NCBI GenBank assembly: GCA_964016885.1
Contig: OZ024754.1
Coordinates: 6,324,001-6,388,000, forward strand
DNA: 64,000 nt
Reading direction: 5' to 3'
DNA from: Eledone cirrhosa
Lineage: Eukaryota
Of the stretch, positions 57,415-64,000 are shown piece after piece. Below the pieces are notes generated by a model, which was given only the letters and a program-made list of their open reading frames with translations, ran no database searches and was not told where the DNA came from. How positions within the stretch are numbered: position 1 is the first letter of the stretch; the number at the start of each line of letters is the position of its first letter. The translations under genes were made by a program, and so were the position numbers.

Positions 57415-58330
57415 TAGATATATATAGATAGATATATTAATAGGAAAAGATTCAGGGCCCCGACGGCTGAGCTCCGGCCGTTTCGACAGCTAGATTAATA
57501 TGTATGTATGACTTAATTTGGTTATGTTATGTTATAGCTCTAGATTTGGTATACTAACATAAAATATATTCCTTACTACAAAGCTACAGCAACATTAATG
57601 CAAGAAGAACGAACGCAAGTTTGTACCCTGTTGTCTTACATAAGATGGACGAGAAAGAAATAACTCAGGAGGAAAAAAAATCAAAGCAAGTCCTGTACCC
57701 AGACCTTCCCGTAGTGCTAATGACAGAAAGGTGCAGATGGATTTGAAAAAAAGGGCCAGTATTCAAGAACTATATTGCTGCAATATTGCAATGCTCCAAC
57801 CCGAGTCAAGGCTTAACTTAAAAGAAAAAAAAAGAAAAAGGAAAAACAAACCCCTGTTGAATTAATAGGGCCTTTGGAAGGAAGTATAGTATAGTATATA
57901 TACATAATATATATATATATACTATATAGACAGACTATATATACCATATATAAACTATATACACCTTATATATATAGAACGAAATCCCTGTTGATGAAAT
58001 GAGTCCTCTGTTCGATCATGGAATACCACGAACGTGCCTGTTACGAAAGTTGGATAACTGATTTCGGATTCATAGAAACACTTTAAACGTATATCGTTTG
58101 ATTTGTCCAGGTGTATCTTTTTAACCTCTTAGTTCTTTCGTTACTTTGCTATTGTGTGGTTGGCTTTTGCCTACCACAATGTTCAATTTGTCAAGCTATT
58201 TAAACGTATGTTATTACTCTAAGGACCTACCCTTATTGAGTGCTTTGCTAACTCATTCCTATTGTAGGTCGACTTTGCTTGGCCACAGCCAAGGCTTCGA
58301 TTTTACTAAGCTTCCACTTGTGTATATATA

Positions 58331-58392
<62 letters not shown>

Positions 58393-58915
58393 TTGAGACA
58401 GTAAACAGAAAACAAAAAAACGTGGAAGCGAAGAGGCAGTAAAAATGTTACTAGTGGACTAGAGCAACGTGAAATATAGTTTTGCTCAAGGAAGCATCGC
58501 ACCGCCCAGCCCAGAAATCGAACTCAAGACCTTAAGATCATGAGCTGAGTACCCTAACCACTAAGCCACACACCTTTACATTGAATGTTAAAGAGTGAAG
58601 GAAATTGGTGCGACGCTCTGTCGCCAGCACCACTCAAAGTTCTTGTTACAAACCACTCGAGAAAGAAAATATACCAAACACTAAATAGAGATTCTTTTCT
58701 AGAAAGCAATTTCATCCATGAAATATTACTACTACTGCACACACAAAATATATTTGCGTAATATATATATATATATATACATATTTGTAAATATATATTT
58801 ATATATACGTATATATATACATATACGTATATACATGTATACATATTTGTGTGTATATATATATATATATATATATACGTATATACATATTTGTGTATAT
58901 ATTTATGTGTGTGTG

Positions 58916-58964
<49 letters not shown>

Positions 58965-59175
58965 TTATCCCGGGTTCAATCGGGGGTAACCACAGTAAGT
59001 AAGGTACTCAATACATAGCAGAGTATAAATATTTATTATAAAAATGGCTTCTACAGGACTAGACCTGTTTCATTCAGGAGAAATCATCATGAAACAGTTC
59101 TAGACCTGTAGAAGCTTCCTGATGATTTCTCCCGAATGAAACAGTTCTAGTCCTGTAGAAGCCATTTCTACATTA
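58965..59175. mobile_element. Family X short (TA)n-targeted element with HHR and inverted arm
   Basis: Homologous copies at ~4740-4820, 5530-5655, 6368-6560, 7145-7268. 3' end ...GTGGTTACCCCCGATTGAACCCGGGATA abuts microsatellite. Confidence 0.8.
59114..59162 (+). ncRNA. Hammerhead motif (family X)
   Basis: GCUUC CUGAUGA UUUC-UCCC-GAAU GAAA CAG-UUCUAGUC-CUG UA^ GAAGC. Confidence 0.7.
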
Positions 59176-59379
59176 TATATATATATATATAGTTAGTTTT
59201 ACTATGAATTAACCGTTTTTTGTTTAATTTCATTGTTCTACTATTTGTATTTTTGACTCTGTATCCAATGAATTATATCGTTGAAAATTTAGTATATTTT
59301 AAACTTTGCTTCAAATCTACATACGGATTACATTGAGTTCTTCAAACGGTTTAGACCCCACCATTAATTGGTGGATTTA

Positions 59380-59438
<59 letters not shown>

Positions 59439-59802
59439 GAACGATCGACTTTCGTCAAATCGGACCGAGGAAACAATGTTTCCGTTGGTCTTTCCAATTG
59501 CTAATACTATCTATCGGTCGCAACTCCAGGTAGAAGGACCAACGTGAAATAAAGTGTCTTGCTCAAGGACATAACGCATCGCCTGGTCCAGGAATCGAAC
59601 TCACAACCTTACGATTGCGAATCCAATTCTCTAAACACTCAGCCACACGCCTTCACAATATATATATATATATATAAATGTATGTATAGTATATTTGGAA
59701 ACATACTGTATGTTTAATTAAAAACATTTAGAAGACCATACGCTATCAGTTTTAAAGTAGTGATTATGTCACTTACTTCTTTTCGGCGAAAGAAGGGAGA
59801 GA

Positions 59803-59844
59803 AGCTGACAGTCTGTTTCACGCTGGTTGGCGTTCATCAGAGCC
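59803..59844 (-). ncRNA. Type-I hammerhead ribozyme, canonical core with GUC site
   Basis: GGCU CUGAUGA ACGC-CAACCA-GCGU GAAA CAGACUG UC^ AGCU. Confidence 0.9.
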
Positions 59845-62689
59845 ACGCACTCCTTGCTTCCGCCGATAATTATAGAAGGTCTTCTAAATGTTTTAAATTA
59901 AACATACGGTATATTGCCAAATATACTATACATACATTCACGTATACATCGCTATTTCAGAGCACCAATCTTAATACCATATATATATATATATATATAG
60001 TAATAATAATAAATTTGAAGACTAAAATCCAAAGAGGGCTCGATAAGGATAAATATATATCAAATATATAAGAACCGTAGAGCAAATATTTATTAAAATA
60101 ACAGATTAAAGTTTAAGCAAAGCGATTCTTTGCTTAAACTTTAATCTGTTATTTTAATAAATATATATATATAATTTATGTTAGAAAAGCTTTAGTAAAA
60201 TGTTGTGTTTATGTAAGCATGACGTTACATGTGCCACCCAAAAGATGACTAAAAGATGTTTGAGGCCAGGTACCACTGGCTGCCCATGCTTGCTTTATGG
60301 CATTAGTGGTGTAAAAACAACAGGATTTAACTTTAATCAGGAATCGAAACTGCAACAAGTATACGTCGTACAAGATAGCTTACAAGTGATTTTACCATTT
60401 AAACATTTTTTAGTAATAAATATATTTTTCATTTTCATTTCAGATTTTGAAAATATGTTACCTGGAAATTTATTATGGAAAATTTACCAGATATATATAT
60501 TTAAAATTTTGAATTTATGCTTAATTTTGAGTACAAAAAAAAAGTTCTTTAGTTTGTTCGGCATTTAAGTTCCTGGAAACGGAAAGATATTGTTAAATAA
60601 TTTTTCATAGTTAAAGAAGTTCGTTAAAGCTATTAACTTTAATTTAGCATAAATTCAAAATTAAATGATTTTAAAAATAGATTTATATATTTTTAAATCT
60701 GAAATAAAAATGAAATCAATAATTATTGGTAAAAAAAAAAACAAAAAAAAAACAGGAATTAAATTTTAAAATGGTAAATTCAGGTAATCATATATTAACA
60801 ATTGCTTATCAAACGATTTTAGGGGTCGGTGAAAAGGAGGTTATTATTAAAAGCTGGGTGTGTTAGTAGTACAGCGTATAAGGGAGATGGGGAGGGAAAA
60901 ACTCATTGATTTTGAACAGTACTGTTATGATTGGCGAGCAAGGTAATCGAAGGCAATCAATCATGCAAAGAGGAGAAATGAAGAAAGCACACAAAGGCAT
61001 GAACCAATACTCATTTCAAGCATCAAGATACCAAGCAAATATATATATGGAGCCAGCAAAGGAGTTTTGTAAGGGGTTGATTGACTTGTTAAATATAGTA
61101 GCTAATTCACAAACAACAAAACCATTTAAAATACTGTATTAAAAAATGCTGACTAGACAAGTGAGTTGAGAGAAAGAGAGAGGGAGACATAGAGAGAGGG
61201 AGAGATATAGAGGGGGAGAGAGGGAAAGGGAGGGGGAGTGATGGAGGGAGAGAGGGAGAGAGGAAGGGAGGGAGAGAGGGAGAGAGGAAGGGAGGCGGAG
61301 TGAGGGAGAGAGGAATGGAGGGAGAGACAGAGAAAGGAAAGAGAGGGAGGGAGAGAGGAATGGAGGGAGAGAGGAAGAGGGAGAGACAGGGAGAGACAGA
61401 GAAAAGAGGGAGAGAGGGAGGGGAGAGACAGACAAACAGAGAGAGATAGAGAAAGAGATAGCTAGAGAGAAAAACTAGGTAGAAGAAAGAGAGAAGAAAG
61501 ACGATGCAGAAGAAGATGTCGGTAGAAAGGTAGAAAAGTAATCAGTGACCGTCAAAGAAGACATCTTTCTAGAAACGTCGGGCAACATGCCGCCATAATA
61601 AAGTTGGAACAGCCACGGACAGAACAAAAATGACCATTGATCTGGTGATCGATAATTTCGATTGGTATTCCTATGTATTGATCACAAGTAGTGATCATCA
61701 AGTTTAACTTGGAAAACCCCCCCCCCCCACCACCGCATCACTACACTATTTCTATTATCATTAACACCACGATGGCGACCATCATCATCACCACCATCAA
61801 CTATACAGGCAATACTACCACCACCACCACCACTAATACAAGCTATACCACCACCAACTATACAGGCGATACTACCACCACCAATACAAGCTATACCCCC
61901 CGCCACCATCACCAATACAGGCGATACTACCACCACCATCACCACCACCAATACAGGCAATACCACCACCACCACCAATACAGGCAATACCACCACCGCC
62001 GCCGCCACCACCACCAATACAGGCAATACCACCACCGCCGCCACCACCACCAATACAGGCAATACCACCACCACCACCAATACAGGCAATACCACCACCG
62101 CCATCACCAACAATACAGGCAATAAAACCACCCCACCACCATCACAGGCAATACCACCATCACCACCACTACTACCAACAACACAACAACAACCAATAAA
62201 GGTAGTAACAAGGACAATAACAATAACAACCATTACAATGACGTCAACAACAACAACCATTACAATGACGTCAACAACAACAACCATTACAATGACGTCA
62301 ACAACACGGTTAATACAGCGACACAGACACACAGACAACAACACAATATAAAGTTAGTATGAGCCGGACAAATGTAGCAAGAAGCAATTCCACCAAGAGG
62401 CAAGTATTAGATTCATAAGATTTTAAAAAAATGTCTTATTCTCTTAAAACCCAAAATAGCACCTTTCTAGGTTTAAAACCTTTTACTATGTAGAATCTAG
62501 GAAGCCTATAAGCCAGTAAGTCTTCTGGGATTTGTCCTACAAGCAGAGAAAATTATAGGGTAAGTGAATTTAGATTCAATAAAACAAGCAGCATCAATTA
62601 GAATACATTTCGCAGTCTATTCCAATGTAAATCATCGATTTAAGTGGAAAAAAAAAAAATCGATCAAATATATTGATTTCTAATTTTAA

Positions 62690-63900
62690 GGAAAAGGCAA
62701 AGCTGTGACTCGATTCCTTCGAAGGGTTTTTTGAGTAATGTTACTCGATAAAGTGTGTAACTCGGAGATCAGAGAGTCACTCTAGTTAGAGCTGCTACTT
62801 CTCTGAATTGGGGGATCACAGCTCTGATACTATGGGTATGTGGTTAGAATGTCTCAGGAAAGAATTGCTGGACAGATTTGTAGTTCGGTGATCAGAGAGC
62901 TACTCCAGATAGAGGCGCTACTTCTCCGAATCGAGGGATCACAGCTCCGATACTATGGGCCTGTGGCTAGAATGTCTCAGGAAAGAATAGCTAGAGTGTT
63001 GCTCCTGTTAGAGCCGCTACTTCTCCGAATTAAGAGATCACAGCTCCGATACTATGGACATGTGGTTAGAATGTCTCAGGAAAGAATCACTCGACAGATT
63101 TGTAGCTCGGAGATCAGAGAGTCACTCCAGGTAGAGCCGCTACTTCTCCGAATTGACAGATCACAGCTCTGATACTATGGACATGTGGTTAGAATGTCTC
63201 AGGAAAGAATCGCTGGACAGATTTGTAGCTCAGAGATCAGAGAGTCACTCCAGATAGAGCCACTACTTCTCTGAATTGAGAGATCACAGCTCCGATACTA
63301 TGGACATGTGGTTAGAATGTCTCAGGAAAGAATCGCTGGACAGATTTGTAGCTCAGAGATCAGAGAGTCACTCCAGGTAGAGCCGCTACTTCTCCGAATT
63401 GAGAGATCACAGCTCCGATACTATGGATATGTGGTTAGAATGTCTCAGGAAAGAATGGCTGGACAGATTTGTAGCTCAGAGATCAGAGAGTCACTCCAGG
63501 TAGAGCCACTACTTCTCCGAATTGAGAGATCACAGCTCCGATACTATGGACATGTGGTTAGAATGTCTCAGGAAAGAATGGCTGGACAGATTTGTAGCTC
63601 AGAGATCAGAGAGTCACTCCAGGTAGAGCCGCTACTTCTCTGAATTGAGAGATCATAGCTCCGATACTATGGACATGTGGTTAGAATGTCTCAGGAAAGA
63701 ATGGCTGGGCAGATTTTACGGACAAAACCAACCGGCAAGAGACCCAGGGGTAGACTCCGAGCAAGATGGTTGGATAACATCCATGAGCTTGGTTGGTCAG
63801 GCTTGGGGATCCAGCCGGATCAGTTGGAGACGGTTTCTTCCGACAGGATCCGCTGCAAGGTGTGTTTGAGGACTCCCCCCCCCCCCTGACCCTCTCAGGA
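62690..63900 (+). mobile_element. RTE-type LINE 3' end with an internal 123-bp tandem amplification
   Basis: RSQLRYYGHVVRMSQER...GKRPRGR.RARWLDNI. Single-unit relatives at 9880-10250(+) and 12700-12900(-). Confidence 0.85.
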
Positions 63901-64000
63901 CTGAGTGGGCGATGAAGGGCAAAGTTAACCTCGGTGAGATTTGACCTATCAATGTAAAGAAACGAAAATAAATACCACAATGGTATTTTATCGGACGCTC

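Noticed and set aside
61682-62344. His/Gln/Thr-rich and Val-rich ORFs
   Set aside because: (CAC)n-AATACAGGCAATAC low-complexity repeat.

Overview
Eukaryotic, AT-rich, repeat-dense DNA. The SINE types and (TA)n/(CA)n density suggest a coleoid cephalopod (octopod); this is an inference. Two host genes are supported. The first is a complete 6-exon SCNM1 (sodium channel modifier 1, minor-spliceosome zinc-finger protein) CDS on + (22235-28746, 312 aa). The second is the last coding exon of a guanylate cyclase on - (54929-55423), ending in a CaaX motif. The rest is tRNA-derived SINEs, RTE/CR1/Tx1-type LINE fragments, Tc1/mariner- and piggyBac-like MITEs, minisatellites and microsatellites; almost all ORFs in the supplied track are microsatellite artefacts. 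The main signal is about 15 type-I hammerhead ribozyme (HHR) motifs from roughly 8 sequence families, plus a ninth family reconstructable only from truncated copies. They lie in short non-coding elements inserted in (TA)n tracts, often as fold-back inverted repeats. One is physically linked to the C-terminus of a Penelope GIY-YIG endonuclease, and several families share a 3' TTGAGTRCT motif. All folding and alignment was done by eye.
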